Positions 1 through 12,300 of a stretch of DNA of 64,000 nucleotides are shown here, piece by piece. The translations under genes were made by a program, and so were the position numbers. The notes below the pieces were generated by a model. That model saw only the letters and a program-made list of their open reading frames with translations, did no database searches and had not been told where the DNA came from. Within the stretch, counting starts at the first letter, position 1. Every line of letters begins with the position of its first letter. Origin of the DNA: Candidatus Bathyarchaeota archaeon (GTDB lineage Archaea; Thermoproteota; Bathyarchaeia; Bathyarchaeales; Bathycorpusculaceae); NCBI GenBank assembly GCA_963775685.1, contig CAVZJV010000014.1, positions 992,001 through 1,056,000 of the forward strand. The letters run 5' to 3'.

Positions 1-392
1 CGATAGTTTTGTTTTGAACTGTAGTGCTATGCGTTTTGTAAGAGTGATGTTTTGCTTAGATCGTGGGAATGTTGGTTTTTGTTTTTATGAAGTTGTGTTG
101 TGCTTGTGGTCTTTATAATCCATGGTTCACATTTCATTAATACTTACTCTCGCGAGGTGGAATGAGGAACAAAAAACGAATTACCAAAAAATATCCAAAG
201 CAGTGGCAAAGCTCTTGCGTCTAATCGGACTTTCTAACTGTCAAACGCTAATTAACGTCAACGGATTCAAGTGTTCTATTTAAAGAATTCAATATAAAAA
301 AAAATAACATTTTAATTTAGACCCCGTTCTTTGAGGAAAAACAAAAAACGTTAAGAAGTAAAAATAGTCTAATAAATGAGGTGAATTAAACC

Positions 393-914
393 ATGGTATT
401 GGTACAGACATCAAGAGATTATATTGCTACTTTTTTTCTTAAAAGAAAATTTGTTTATGTTGGCTCTGGATTCTGGTCTAGCAACTCCAAAATATGGAAT
501 AATGGAGAGATCCGTGCAGGAAAAAACTTTCATATGAAAGACGCCAGCATATATACTGATAAGGAAGCGAAGGTGACACTAGGCGACAATGTCGGCTTAA
601 ACAATGCAAGTATCGTCTCTGTGAACAGGGTTACTGTTGGCGACGACGTCATCATAGGAAATGAGAGTGTGATCTACGATACTGATTATCACGGGATAGA
701 CGGAAAACCGGCAAAATCACACCCTGTCAAGATAGGAAATCATGTATGGATTGGAACCAAAACAATAATTTTGGAGGGCGTGTCAATAGGCGACAACTCC
801 GTCATTGGTGCTGGATCGGTTATAACAAGAAATATTCCTGAAAAAACAATATTTGCAGGCAACCCTGCGAGGCAAATTGGAATCACCAAAACAGGATATA
901 CAAATCAAAAATAA
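393..914 (+). CDS. Hexapeptide-repeat (left-handed beta-helix) sugar O/N-acyltransferase
   Basis: Repeated [LIV]G[DN]xxxIG hexapeptides, DTDYHG, VWIG...IGAGSVITRNIP...GNPARQI; GAGGTG RBS upstream. Confidence 0.9.
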   Translation: MVLVQTSRDYIATFFLKRKFVYVGSGFWSSNSKIWNNGEIRAGKNFHMKDASIYTDKEAKVTLGDNVGLNNASIVSVNRVTVGDDVIIGNESVIYDTDYHGIDGKPAKSHPVKIGNHVWIGTKTIILEGVSIGDNSVIGAGSVITRNIPEKTIFAGNPARQIGITKTGYTNQK

Positions 915-1251
915 ATTATTCCCGACAAAGAGAGGCATAGATATTAGGAGCCGAGCGCAGCTCGACAAAACCGCAACTTGGTTTTGCAGATATTGATAAT
1001 AAGTAAAGAAGTGCAAATTTTGGGTAACTTTGAAATTAGGCATTTTTTCTTGACAGTTTTAACTAAAAATCAGGTATGTTAAAGTCGTAGATGAATCAAA
1101 ATCAAAGTGTCAGTAAAACTCGTGGCAACATTTGAAGATAAATTACCAGCCAAAAATGTTTCCATCAATCCAAAAGAAAATTTCTAACTTGTGTTGAATT
1201 AAAAATTTTGATCAATGTTTTTTAGAGTGTTTTTTGGCGATTGAAACAAAT

Positions 1252-1266
1252 AAAAAAAAGGGAAAG
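1252..1266 (-). terminator. Oligo-T archaeal terminator candidate (CTTTCCCTTTTTTTT)
   Basis: 15 nt after the stop of the 733-aa gene; similar motif after the genes ending at 56303 and 60136. Confidence 0.5.
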
Positions 1267-1280
1267 TTTGGTTTAAAATA

Positions 1281-3482
1281 CTAACGGACCCAAGTTCGGT
1301 AATGGCGTGGAGTCGGAGTTGAAGTAGGATTTGGAGTTGTTATAGGAGCCGGTGATGGTGTTGGAGTAGTTTCCGAAGATGTTGTAGTCGACGGATTTGT
1401 GACAATAACGTTGTCTACTTGGAAGGTTCCAGTTGAGCTAACGTCAAAGTGAATTTGGGTTGTTGCAGTACCTGATGGTACGGTGAAAGTCATAGTCACA
1501 AGTGTCCAAGTATTTGTCGGGGATAAGGCTTGACCATATAATCCAATTGCTTGCCATGATGAACCAAAGCAGAATACGTGTGGAAACACTTTCATGGTGC
1601 TTTTGTAGTAGAATTGCAAAGTGTATGTTTGTCCTACTTGTGCTGGAAGGGTTTGTAATACAGTTATGAAACCTGACCCTCCTTGCGGATAACCTGTTAC
1701 TGTGAATAAGCCGCTATAGCTACCTGAGAATGCACTTGAACTTTGGGTTAGCGTACCGTCGTATCCTTGAGATTGTGAATCAGAGATTTCTAAAATCCAA
1801 GGAGAAATTCCGGAGTCGAATCCACCATTCTGTACTATACTTGTTTCAGTAGGCGGGGGTTCAGAGGTCGGAACTGGTGTTGCAGTTGGAGTAACAGTCG
1901 GCTTTGGAGTCGGAGAGGCCGTAGGAACTGGAGTTGGAGTAACAGTCGGCTTTGGAGTCGGAGAGGCCGTAGGAACTGGAGTTGGAGTAACAGTCGGCTT
2001 TGGAGTCGGAGAGGCCGTAGGAACTGGAGTTGGAGTAACAGTCGGCTTTGGAGTCGGAGAGGCCGTAGGAACTGGAGTTGGAGTAACAGTCGGCTTTGGA
2101 GTCGGAGAGGCCGTAGGAACTGGAGTTGGAGTAACAGTCGGAGTGCCTGATAATGTAAGTGGGTGCGGGTATGGATATGGGGTGTACGTGAATCCGTCTT
2201 GTGCTTGCGTGGGTGCCCTTAGGTAGTAATTAACGTTTTGAGTATAGCCGCCTCGGTTGTTCAAGAAACTGCTTCCTGTATAGGAGTTGCTCCAGATGTA
2301 CGTGCCACTCACATATGTCGCTGGCCAACGATTACCTCCAGCTGAATTATCATTGTCCAAGTAGATGAAGTAAGCCGGCTTTGAACCCCCCGCATTGGCT
2401 GGCGAAACAACAAAGCTATTATCATAGACCAAACCCGACCCATCACGTAATCGAACAGCAATATCACCATTACCATAGTTGCCGTCATCTTTTGAGCTTG
2501 CAATAAAAGTGTTGCTGTATACTTCGAAACCCCTTGCACTAACCCACGAAGCAGATCCATGCGAGTCAGCATCACCATAAGGAGGAAGACTCGACTCCAT
2601 CAAGTTGTATCTAACAATGCCCCAAGCACCCTGAATTCCATCTGTGGTATGTCGGCATCTTATCATGTGACTGTCTTCTACAACCATGGCTGTGGTGTAA
2701 GCAGGCATGTTGTTGTAATGACCAGCATAAAGACCTACGTTGCTATTCCAACTCGAAAAATGATTATGGTACCAATCACTCCCAACATAAAAACCATACC
2801 CCCAAAGCCAACCAGTGCCACTGAGCTTATACGGGTTATCAACAACACAATGATCAATAACACCCCGCGAAGCCACAGGAGTATCCTTCGTATTAACCAT
2901 CACCGCAATATTAACCCAATTAATAAAAGTGCAATGATCAATACGAAAATCCAAACCATAACTCACAGCCAAACCGATGCCGGTTCCAAGGTTGTTAGCC
3001 ATGTTATCTTCTGTTGCTGGGTTTGCAGGCGCAGAAGCTTCAAACCTAATCCCAGAGACCCGAGATGGCTTGCCGTTTGACCCGTCAAGAACAAACATCC
3101 CATAACCAGGCTTATTTTCATGCAGAATCGTCGATTCACTATAGCTAGCCCAATCATTCTCATGCCCCTGACAACCTGCTAGCGACGCACCTATGACGTT
3201 AACGCCTCCTGGGATTGATACAGAAGCGCCATTCCAAATCCAAGTTCCAGCAGGAAGGTATACTGTTCCACCTGATGAACCTAAAGATGTTATGGCTGCT
3301 TTAATGTCTGCTGCAGATCCGCTTTTTGCTGTTACAGATGGTGATGCGGCTTGTGCGGCATTGCTAGTAAAAAGCGGTAGAATGCTTATGATAAGTAACA
3401 TGGTGATGCTTATGATTGCTGGTTTTGATAGTTTTCTAATGTTTAGTCTTTGTAGAACATTCGATTTGTTATGTATTTTCAT
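1281..3482 (-). CDS. Secreted protein: signal peptide, pectate-lyase-like right-handed beta-helix, Pro/Thr linker, CBM4/9-like domain
   Basis: N-terminal hydrophobic segment; [11 protein letters not shown]; RIDHCTF/VIDHCVV beta-helix turns; [10 protein letters not shown]...FQVDNV CBM4_9-like signature. Confidence 0.75.
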   Translation of the reverse strand: MKIHNKSNVLQRLNIRKLSKPAIISITMLLIISILPLFTSNAAQAASPSVTAKSGSAADIKAAITSLGSSGGTVYLPAGTWIWNGASVSIPGGVNVIGASLAGCQGHENDWASYSESTILHENKPGYGMFVLDGSNGKPSRVSGIRFEASAPANPATEDNMANNLGTGIGLAVSYGLDFRIDHCTFINWVNIAVMVNTKDTPVASRGVIDHCVVDNPYKLSGTGWLWGYGFYVGSDWYHNHFSSWNSNVGLYAGHYNNMPAYTTAMVVEDSHMIRCRHTTDGIQGAWGIVRYNLMESSLPPYGDADSHGSASWVSARGFEVYSNTFIASSKDDGNYGNGDIAVRLRDGSGLVYDNSFVVSPANAGGSKPAYFIYLDNDNSAGGNRWPATYVSGTYIWSNSYTGSSFLNNRGGYTQNVNYYLRAPTQAQDGFTYTPYPYPHPLTLSGTPTVTPTPVPTASPTPKPTVTPTPVPTASPTPKPTVTPTPVPTASPTPKPTVTPTPVPTASPTPKPTVTPTPVPTASPTPKPTVTPTATPVPTSEPPPTETSIVQNGGFDSGISPWILEISDSQSQGYDGTLTQSSSAFSGSYSGLFTVTGYPQGGSGFITVLQTLPAQVGQTYTLQFYYKSTMKVFPHVFCFGSSWQAIGLYGQALSPTNTWTLVTMTFTVPSGTATTQIHFDVSSTGTFQVDNVIVTNPSTTTSSETTPTPSPAPITTPNPTSTPTPRHYRTWVR
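1885..2141. repeat. 48-bp perfect tandem repeat x5.3 encoding [16 protein letters not shown] linker
   Basis: Unit gttggagtaacagtcggctttggagtcggagaggccgtaggaactgga repeated exactly from 1885. Confidence 0.95.
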
Positions 3483-4218
3483 TTTTTTCTCTCTTCCTGA
3501 TTTTGAGTTTCTTATATCCTGATCTATTTTAAAGGTTTATGAAAAGCTAGTTCAGGTTAGTTGTCAACTTCCACAACATGTTTGCGAAGTGTACTTGACA
3601 AAATCTGCGAAGTACAGTTAACTTTTTGCAAAGTTTTGCCTCTGGTAGGCTTAGTCTTCTTTGAAAGCGTTTCAAAGAAGGTGAGTGTCTTGATTTTTGT
3701 GTTGCTGCAACAGCTCGAGTATTTTTGGATGTCATATAGCTTTTCATTCATTTTTTTGTCCCCAACGAAGTTTTATATTGAGTATTAATAAACATTATTA
3801 GTTTGACTTTTCAGCGGCTTTCTGTTCAACACACATACGAATTCAAGAGTTTTATTAGAAACGCAACTAAATTTAAATAAAGAATAACATTTGCCTGCGT
3901 TTCTGTTACTCTCCACATTTGTTGAATAACTTTCATGACATTTAAACAAGTCAAGCATTTTTGTGAAAATCCCGAACAGCCACATGTTGGATTAACTTCG
4001 CAGTCGACGAACAGCCAGATGCGATTCAGGGAGTTTTGTTCCTGCAGCATATGTAAACTGTTTACGCACAACATGTAGCCGCGATTTTGCTTTGATAATT
4101 AACGTTAGGTGCTCTTCAACGCCTTGTTTGTTTGGCAGTATAATGAAGGTCACAACAGAACAGAAATTACTATTACCAGGTTCAACAGTTCAACTCGGTG
4201 TTACAATGCTTAAGGGTT

Positions 4219-4425
4219 CTATATAATCCGCATAACCACGGTGACCATGAATGCAAGCCCACATCCGAATGCTGCAAATCGTAGTCGTTTCTTGTCTATC
4301 ATAATACGTTTTGAATATTCCGGCAGTGAGGCAATCAGTTCCGACGTTATCAATAGTATAAGGGCTAAAACTGCTAACAACAAGCCTATGTCAGAAACTG
4401 AAAGTGGAAAACTCATAAACATCAA
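4219..4425 (-). CDS. Small 2-TM membrane protein (real start probably MSFPL at 4416)
   Basis: Two hydrophobic helices, LITSEL motif; abuts or overlaps the stop of the upstream gene. Confidence 0.7.
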   Translation of the reverse strand: MMFMSFPLSVSDIGLLLAVLALILLITSELIASLPEYSKRIMIDKKRLRFAAFGCGLAFMVTVVMRII

Positions 4426-5264
4426 CCTGCAAATTCATAGGTTGTTTCAATTATTGATGTGTCTTGGGAGACATTTATTTCTTTTATAGTTATTGTTTTT
4501 CCTGTGCCTTGAGCTATTAGACATGCAATGGCACTTATTAAGGGGCAACCAAGGAAAAAGATACTTTTATTGTTTTTAATTGTGTAAAGGTTTTTGAATA
4601 TGGAACCTTTGATTACGAGGTGGATTTGTTCTGATTCTGCATTCATTATAAGATCTTTTGCTATGGTGAAGTTGTTTAGAATAACACGAGGAAGAATATC
4701 ACATAATTCATTGATATCGGTGTTTGTTATTTGGTTCTTTAGGTGTTTTTGGATTTGGTTTAGGAGACCAATTCCTGGAGGGGTTAATAATACTCCTTTC
4801 TTGCGTTCTATCCAGAATTTTCCTTGTGAAATATCCTCAAGTGAGGGCATGGCAAAAACATTGTTTGCCGAAATAAAAACAACTGGGTCTTTAAGACCTA
4901 CTAGGTGTTCAGGAACCTGGGCATCCTTGGGATAAGAAGGAATATAGTAACCTTTTTCTACGTATTGTAATTCTTTGACCATTTTATCAATGTTTGAATA
5001 CTCAGGCATTGCAGTGCTTATGAGAAAGATTTCTTCTATGTAGCTTTTTGGGGTGGTTAGAAGAAAAAGAACTCCCCAGAAAGTTAAGCCTAAACCAATA
5101 AAGGCAAGAACTTGGGATGAAGAAAAAATTGAGATAACTAAGGATATTATTCCAGCTACAATGAATACTGCACCGATTTTTCCCGAAATAAAGTTGGCAG
5201 ATGTATTTAGGAAGTCTCTGATTTGGTTTCCAAGATTAAAGTCAACCCTAGGTCCTATAGGCAA
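4422..5264 (-). CDS. Hypothetical protein, 2 N-terminal TM helices plus soluble domain (V4R-like C-terminus possible)
   Basis: 280-aa ORF; hydrophobic hairpin; LGCPLISAIAC motif near the C-terminus. Confidence 0.7.
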   Translation of the reverse strand: MPIGPRVDFNLGNQIRDFLNTSANFISGKIGAVFIVAGIISLVISIFSSSQVLAFIGLGLTFWGVLFLLTTPKSYIEEIFLISTAMPEYSNIDKMVKELQYVEKGYYIPSYPKDAQVPEHLVGLKDPVVFISANNVFAMPSLEDISQGKFWIERKKGVLLTPPGIGLLNQIQKHLKNQITNTDINELCDILPRVILNNFTIAKDLIMNAESEQIHLVIKGSIFKNLYTIKNNKSIFFLGCPLISAIACLIAQGTGKTITIKEINVSQDTSIIETTYEFAG

Positions 5265-5520
5265 CGTGAAATCCTCGTTAGGTCATTCTTTGTTCAGTTT
5301 GATTTAACGATGGATATAAGGCTTCTTTAGGTTTTCGGAATACATATCAGTTAAGATTAACTCCGTTGGTCCCAACCACGTTCTATTTTTCTTGGTTATG
5401 CCATGTTTCTATTCTAAAATCCATAACTTATCCCCAAATAGAAAAACATTGAAAATGACCAAGGAGCTCAAAAAAAATTGCTAATAAAAACTGTTTTAAT
5501 AGCTTCTTTGCTATTGGATG

Positions 5521-6171
5521 TTAAGGTTGGGCTATTTCAGAGGATATTTGAAGGTTAAAGCTAAATGAAGTAACATTGTTTGCAAACAAGTATTCTGCGA
5601 AGTCGGCAGAGAGTTGTGAAGATAGCGTTAGTGTTAGAAAGATTGTTTGGTTGTAATTTAACGGTGTTTGTACATAGTCCCATGATAAGCTCAGGTATGA
5701 GTCGATTCCCTGGGGCAACCAATCAGTAACGCTATATGTAAGCATAACAGGAATGTTACTTGTGCTTCTTACATAGAATGACGCGTTTTCTGAATCGCCT
5801 ATGTACAACGGGTTCCACTGTATAGCATTTCCTTGCAAATCGCCCCCAAAGATGTCGACGCCTGTTACGTATATGATGCCAGAGCTTGAATAATTCTGAA
5901 TATAAGGCACATATGTGGGAGTTGGTGGTTCACTTGGTTTTGGAGTAATTTTCGGAGACGGAGTTGGAGAAGGTTTTGAAGTTGGAAAAGGTGTTGGAGA
6001 AATTACTGGAGTTGGAGTTGAGGTTGATTCAGGATTTTTTAGAGTTTTGGATTTCCCATCAAAGACTTCAAAGTTAATAATCGAAGTGATTAACACAACA
6101 AGAATGAGTAAAAAAATTGTTCTTCTGAATCGATTAATTTGAGTAATTACTTTCGAGACCCTTGATTTCAA
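5521..6171 (-). CDS. Membrane-anchored exported protein with Pro/Thr linker and Ig-like C-terminal domain
   Basis: Basic N-terminus, one TM, PT-rich stretch, beta-rich C-terminus (YLSLSWDY, FSFNLQI). Confidence 0.7.
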   Translation of the reverse strand: MKSRVSKVITQINRFRRTIFLLILVVLITSIINFEVFDGKSKTLKNPESTSTPTPVISPTPFPTSKPSPTPSPKITPKPSEPPTPTYVPYIQNYSSSGIIYVTGVDIFGGDLQGNAIQWNPLYIGDSENASFYVRSTSNIPVMLTYSVTDWLPQGIDSYLSLSWDYVQTPLNYNQTIFLTLTLSSQLSADFAEYLFANNVTSFSFNLQISSEIAQP

Positions 6172-6416
6172 AACCTAATTTACCTCTTAAACATCTTTTC
6201 TAAAAATCTGAAGAGACCTTAATAAAATTCTCAATCCAACTTTCAATTATTAGAAACCCGCCAAATTCTCTAAACTTTGAGTTAGTTTGATCTGATAATT
6301 TCAAGATAACTATTACTATTTTTGGTTTTGATGAGAGTTATCAAAACTTTTCTTCTCCAAACCAAAATGCTCTTAATAATCTATTAAGCGGAATTAATTA
6401 ATAGTTAGAATTAATG

Positions 6417-7364
6417 CTATTTGAGTTTAATAACTCTGTTCTCTGCTGAAGACTTTAGCGCAGCCGTTGCTATTTGCAAAGCCTTAATGCCATCAAACCC
6501 TGTTACAATTGGTGTTTTTTTATATAAAATACAATCGGAGAAGTGTTGAAGTTCCTGTTGTAAGGGCTCCAAAATTGGTAACCTAGGCTGCACCGATTCT
6601 TTGGCATTTTCTATCCATAGTTCTTGGGTTAGGTAGTCTAGCCTCATAATTGCGTCACTTCCTGTAACACTTAGTATCCGAGTTTTGTAAGGAGTCAACC
6701 AATTGGATTCAATAAATGCACTCTTGCCACTTTCATAAGTTAACATTATTTGTGCGAAATCTTCGAATTTTCTGTAGCTTCTACTTCCAGTCTTTGCGTA
6801 GACATTAACAGGGTCTTCGTTTGATATATACCGCATAACATCAATGTCGTGGATTGAGATATCTTTCACTACTCCAACATCTCCTATTCTTTCAGGCCAT
6901 TGTGAGACTCTTTTTGCAGAGGCACTAACGAGGTCTCCAACCGATTTGCTTTGAATATTTTCTCGAATTTGCCGGAGTCCAGGAATAAAACGCATCAGGA
7001 AACCAACAGTTAAAATTAATCCATTGCTTTCTGCAACCCTCAACAGAGACTCAGCATCTCTCACACTAGCAGCCATAGGTTTTTCAACAAGAACATGCTT
7101 CCCTGCTTCCAACGCCATAAGCGCTTCTTTGGCTAAAACAGTTGACCATGTGCAAACGCTGACTGCGTCGATTTCTTCCGTTTTTAACATAAGAGAACTA
7201 TCAGTGTAAGGTACCGCATTGTTCTTTTCAGCGATTGCCTTAACTCTTTCTTTGTTGACATCACAAATCGCTACAAGGTTGAAAGAATCCAGTTCTTTGT
7301 AGACTCGAACGTGATTAATACCCCAAATACCGGTCCCTATTACAGCAACATTAAGTTTTTTCAT
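6417..7364 (-). CDS. Gfo/Idh/MocA oxidoreductase (WlbA/WbpB-like nucleotide-sugar 3-dehydrogenase candidate)
   Basis: VIGTGIWG Rossmann motif, HVLVEKP, DISIHDID. Confidence 0.9.
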   Translation of the reverse strand: MKKLNVAVIGTGIWGINHVRVYKELDSFNLVAICDVNKERVKAIAEKNNAVPYTDSSLMLKTEEIDAVSVCTWSTVLAKEALMALEAGKHVLVEKPMAASVRDAESLLRVAESNGLILTVGFLMRFIPGLRQIRENIQSKSVGDLVSASAKRVSQWPERIGDVGVVKDISIHDIDVMRYISNEDPVNVYAKTGSRSYRKFEDFAQIMLTYESGKSAFIESNWLTPYKTRILSVTGSDAIMRLDYLTQELWIENAKESVQPRLPILEPLQQELQHFSDCILYKKTPIVTGFDGIKALQIATAALKSSAENRVIKLK

Positions 7365-7518
7365 ATTTTTTACACCATTTTATCTGCCTAAAAATAGAAA
7401 TCAACTTTAATTCAAAAAGACCTGTTAATTATGGAGAAGCTAATCGAAAATATCGTGTTTTAGATCTTTTCCTCTTTTTCAACAAGAAAGAGAAGATTAT
7501 TGAGATAGATTCTCGAAG

Positions 7519-9105
7519 CTATTTTCTTAATATTTTTTCCATTATTTTAAGCGGAACTCTAAGTAACTTGGCAAAAAAACCAAAATTAGAAATTAAAGTT
7601 CTAAGGTTCGAAATATCTGTTTGATCTATGGCGCCTATAATGGGCGATATTAATAAGTAGAGTGTAATGAAAAGCGATGTGCCGACAATTAATCTCAGTG
7701 CTTCAAAAGTGCCAAATATTTCTAAGAATAGAAAGGTAAGTAATCCAGCTATCAAAGATGCAACCAAAATTTTGGCTGAAGACCTAAAATCTATTTTGGC
7801 ACCATAACGTTTTGAGACTTTGAAAACAGCAATAAACATGCTCGGCAATCCTCCAACGATATTTACCAATATTAGCCCAGGTATGCCTAACAATGGAATC
7901 AATAGAAAGCCTAACGGAACTCCGATGCATAGGCTCAAAGTGAACAATTTCATTAATAATTTTGTTTCCCCTACTGCAGTTAAGAGACTAAACGCAGCAA
8001 TGTTTCCGAAAACACAGAATATATTAATTGATACGTACATCGTTAGATAAGAGGGAGCAAGGAGCCATTTACCACCATAAATTGTTGCTATGAGAGGTGT
8101 TGATATAACCATGGCAAGTATTGTGAGTGGAACCAGCAAGAAGGCAGTATACTTAACTGATAATCTGAATACTTTTTGAAGAACTTCTTTTTCTTTTGAA
8201 AGGTTAATTTTAGAAAAAGCTGGAAATAACACTGTAGATATGGGCATTGAAATAAAGGTTAGCAATACAGCAAAATTGATCGCGGTCTTATAGCTTCCAA
8301 TGACAGCGAAATCAATAATGTATTTTGCCATCATAAAAGAATAGAACTGTGATAATACCCCGCCCAAAATACTACCAATAGCGAGAGGAACTCCAAACTT
8401 CAACATGCTTTTTAATGTTAAAATTATTTCAGAAATGTTAATTTTGTTTTTGGCTGGCTCAATTTTTCTTAGTATAACTGCATATAGGAGACCTATGGAA
8501 AGCAAGCCGGCAATAAGAAAACCAAAGAAATACCCTATTAGTGCACCAAATGCTCCATAACCTAAGTAAACCAACAATGGTCCAAGTATACAAGTGATTG
8601 ATGCTTGACAGATCATTATTAGAACATACAGATCCATTCGTTCAAAACCTATAAAGGCAGAGTGAGGGGCCACAAGCAATGAATTGGATAAAATGATCAG
8701 GGAGGCAACTGATATTAGAAACACAGATTCAGGCTTGTTAATAATTGAAGCTATATAAGCAGCCATAAAAAACGAAAGTAGAGTTAAAAATAGTCCAGTT
8801 GAAACTTGGAAAGTTAGACCAGAGAGTACAATTTTTCGTGCGCCACCCAAATTATTTTCAGATCTGCATTTGGCACATAGCTTAACCATTGCTGCCCCAA
8901 CTCCCCAGTCTTGGAATAGTAGAATAGTTGTTGCAGGGATTAAGGCAATTACATATAGACCATAGTCCTTTTCTGAGATGAAAAGTTGCAGAATTATTGT
9001 TCCTACTGCCAGTAATATTGTAGATATTATTTGCCCTATGAATAAATGGAAGCTGCCGTGAGCTGAAGTCTGCCCTATTTCAGTTGCTTTATCCATGACT
9101 TTCAC
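7519..9105 (-). CDS. Oligosaccharide flippase (Wzx/MOP superfamily)
   Basis: ~14 TM helices, DYGLY, LFPAFS motifs, located in a glycosyltransferase cluster. Confidence 0.88.
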   Translation of the reverse strand: MKVMDKATEIGQTSAHGSFHLFIGQIISTILLAVGTIILQLFISEKDYGLYVIALIPATTILLFQDWGVGAAMVKLCAKCRSENNLGGARKIVLSGLTFQVSTGLFLTLLSFFMAAYIASIINKPESVFLISVASLIILSNSLLVAPHSAFIGFERMDLYVLIMICQASITCILGPLLVYLGYGAFGALIGYFFGFLIAGLLSIGLLYAVILRKIEPAKNKINISEIILTLKSMLKFGVPLAIGSILGGVLSQFYSFMMAKYIIDFAVIGSYKTAINFAVLLTFISMPISTVLFPAFSKINLSKEKEVLQKVFRLSVKYTAFLLVPLTILAMVISTPLIATIYGGKWLLAPSYLTMYVSINIFCVFGNIAAFSLLTAVGETKLLMKLFTLSLCIGVPLGFLLIPLLGIPGLILVNIVGGLPSMFIAVFKVSKRYGAKIDFRSSAKILVASLIAGLLTFLFLEIFGTFEALRLIVGTSLFITLYLLISPIIGAIDQTDISNLRTLISNFGFFAKLLRVPLKIMEKILRK

Positions 9106-9352
9106 TTAAAGTTATGAGGTTTTTCTTATTAACAAAGTGCATTGAAAGATAATGTTTTTGTGAAAGAACCATAATAATTTTTGGTCCAGTTGGCATGAAA
9201 AACACATTATTATTTATTAACTTGAGAAAAATTTTTCGTTGTTGGATAATAATTTGAGTTTAATATTTTTATTTTGCTTATTATCAGAAAAATAAAAAAA
9301 TAGTGATTGAACTGGTATTTTTGAGAGCACATTTCGTCCCACAAATCTGGAG

Positions 9353-12300
9353 TTAGCTACTTAGATATTGAATTGAAATGCTTTGAAGGATTGGTGTTAC
9401 TTCAGTATTTGTTGTCTGGAACGTTATGCGGTATTGAATATAACGGTTGTTTGGACTCAAAATTAAGTCGCCTGAATTAGAGTATATAGTTGACCAGTTG
9501 CTCCATGAACTATCTGGAACTAAATTATTGCCTGATCTGGTTTGTATTGCTATGCTTGTTCCTTGAGGTAACGTTGATGCCCAATAAATGCTTTGCCAAG
9601 TAACCAAAGAGGTGGCATCGAAGACACTTGATGTAAACACTCCAGTGGATACGTATTGTTCGCTTGATTGACTGTTATATGTGGTAAGTGTCAAGTCATC
9701 GATATAAGATGTTGCAAAGTTTCCTGCTGTTGGTGGATAATTATTGTCTAGGTCTGGATTTGGGTAGGTATAGCCACCTTGTGTGTAACCACCGTTTCCG
9801 TATCCTTTTCCGACAATTAACAATGAGGGTGAACCGTTGTAGCTGGTTGGTCGCGACGCTGTTCTCAGAACTATCCAGCTTAATCCATCTGATGATTTGC
9901 TGAATTGTATGGTTGTTGAGTTTACGAATATTTTGACATACAAGAATACATTTGGAGCAGCACCCGAGTAAGCGGCAAATCCTTCGGTTTGGGATGAATA
10001 TACATTTACGTTTGTTATGAAGTTGCCATTTGAAATTCCAATTCCGCACCAATCACCTGATGCCCAGTATAACGCTATTTTTGGACACCAAGAAGTACCT
10101 GTATTTGCTTGAACTTGGATTCTTGCAGCTAAGGTTACATTTATAGTATTAGAGGATAAGGCAAGACTTCGTTCTATGTGCGCAAAGCTGTTCTCAGCTG
10201 CATTTATTGAAAGAACGCCACCGGTTTCCGAAATGGTACTGTAATATGCTGCCGCGTTGTCTGCGCAAAGCCATGGATAAGGTGATGCATTAGTCACAGT
10301 CCCCTTTAAACCGTCAACAACTCTGACAGGAGCATAGTTCGAGGACCATTGACTAGATGCGGTTACTGCTTTGTTTAAAGCAATATTTGTGCTTGGATTC
10401 CCCGATTGGAAAACTTCTATCTCATTTAGACCTTGAGATAAGCCGGTTAAGTAATGTGATAAGATTACTATTTTGACATACCGCGCATTTGTAGCCGTGA
10501 AAGTATTCGTTCCGACATTGTTTATACTTGCTTGAAGCGTATTAGTCCCAACAGTTGTGTAAACCACATCATCGGTACTAATCTGAATTTGATAGTCTTG
10601 GGTGAAGTAATTCGGAAAGTTGCTTTGATAGACTTTGACTGTATTAATGCTGAAAATTGATCCTAAGTCTATTTTTATCCATTGACTTAAGGATGATTTA
10701 TCAACTGTCCATCCAGATTCTAATATTCCGTCGTTGAAGTTGTCATTAAATGTCGATGTTGTAACACCTGAGGTCTTTGATAGAATAAGATCACCATCAG
10801 ATTGGCCGATCGTGGTGGTTTCTACATTATTTTTATTACCTGAGTTAAAATCAGTCAATGTAGTCTGCGTCCAAGTTAAGTACAAGTTAACCGCAAAAGT
10901 CACATCAACAGAAGTATCGCCAGTAATAGTCGGATTATAGCTAGTTACCGAGCCTAAATGAGTAGTTCCATTAACAACCACATCAGCAACATGATACCCA
11001 AGGTTTGGAGTGAAAAGGAAGCTTAGCGATGCACCCGAATCAACCATCTGAGTAGCCAAATTAGACAAGCCATTAGAACCCACATTAACCGTAACCAAGT
11101 ACAAGTTAACCGCAAAAGTCACATCAACAGAAGTATCGCCAGTAATAGTCGGATTATAGCTAGTTACCGAGCCTAAATGAGTAGTTCCATTAACAACCAC
11201 ATCAGCAACATGATACCCAAGGTTTGGAGTGAAAAGGAAGCTTAGCGATGCACCCGAATCAACCATCTGAGTAGCCAAATTAGACAAGCCATTAGAACCC
11301 ACATTAACCGTAACCAAGTACAAGTTAACCGCAAAAGTCACATCAACAGAAGTATCGCCAGTAATAGTCGGATTATAGCTAGTAACCGAGCCTAAATGAG
11401 TAGTTCCATTAACAACCACATCAGCAACATGATACCCAAGGTTTGGAGTGAAAAGGAAGCTTAGCGATGCACCCGAATCAACCATCTGAGTAGCCAAATT
11501 AGACAAGCCATTAGAACCCACATTAACCGTAACCAAGTACAAGTTAACCGCAAAAGTCACATCAACAGAAGTATCGCCAGTAATAGTCGGATTATAGCTA
11601 GTAACCGAGCCTAAATGAGTAGTTCCATTAACAACCACATCAGCAACATGATACCCAAGGTTTGGAGTGAAAAGGAAGCTTAGCGATGCACCCGAATCAA
11701 CCATCTGAGTAGCCAAATTAGACAAGCCATTAGAACCCACATTAACCGTAACCAAGTACAAGTTAACCGCAAAAGTCACATCAACAGAAGTATCGCCAGT
11801 AATAGTCGGATTATAGCTAGTAACCGAGCCTAAATGAGTAGTTCCATTAACAACCACATCAGCAACATGATACCCAAGGTTTGGAGTGAAAATGAAGCTT
11901 AGCGATGCACCCGAATCAACCATCTGAGTAGCCAAATTAGACAAGCCATTAGAACCCACATTAACCGTAACCAAGTACAAGTTAACCGCAAAAGTCACAT
12001 CAACAGAAGTATCGCCAGTAATAGTCGGATTATAGCTAGTAACCGAGCCTAAATGAGTAGTTCCATTAACAACCACATCAGCAACATGATACCCAAGGTT
12101 TGGAGTGAAAATGAAGCTTAGCGATGTACCCGAATCAACCATCTGAGTAGCCAAATTAGACAAGCCATTAGAACCCACATTAACCGTAACCAAGTACAAG
12201 TTAACCGCAAAAGTCACATCAACAGAAGTATCGCCAGTAATAGTCGGGTTATAGCTTGTAACCGAGCCTAAATGAGTAGTTCCATTAACAACCACATCAG

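Noticed and set aside
1-123. Possible gene or integrase remnant at the left edge
   Set aside because: Too short and interrupted by a stop; cannot be supported
3547-4074. Several overlapping 64-82 aa ORFs
   Set aside because: No recognisable motifs; mutually overlapping in AT-rich intergenic DNA
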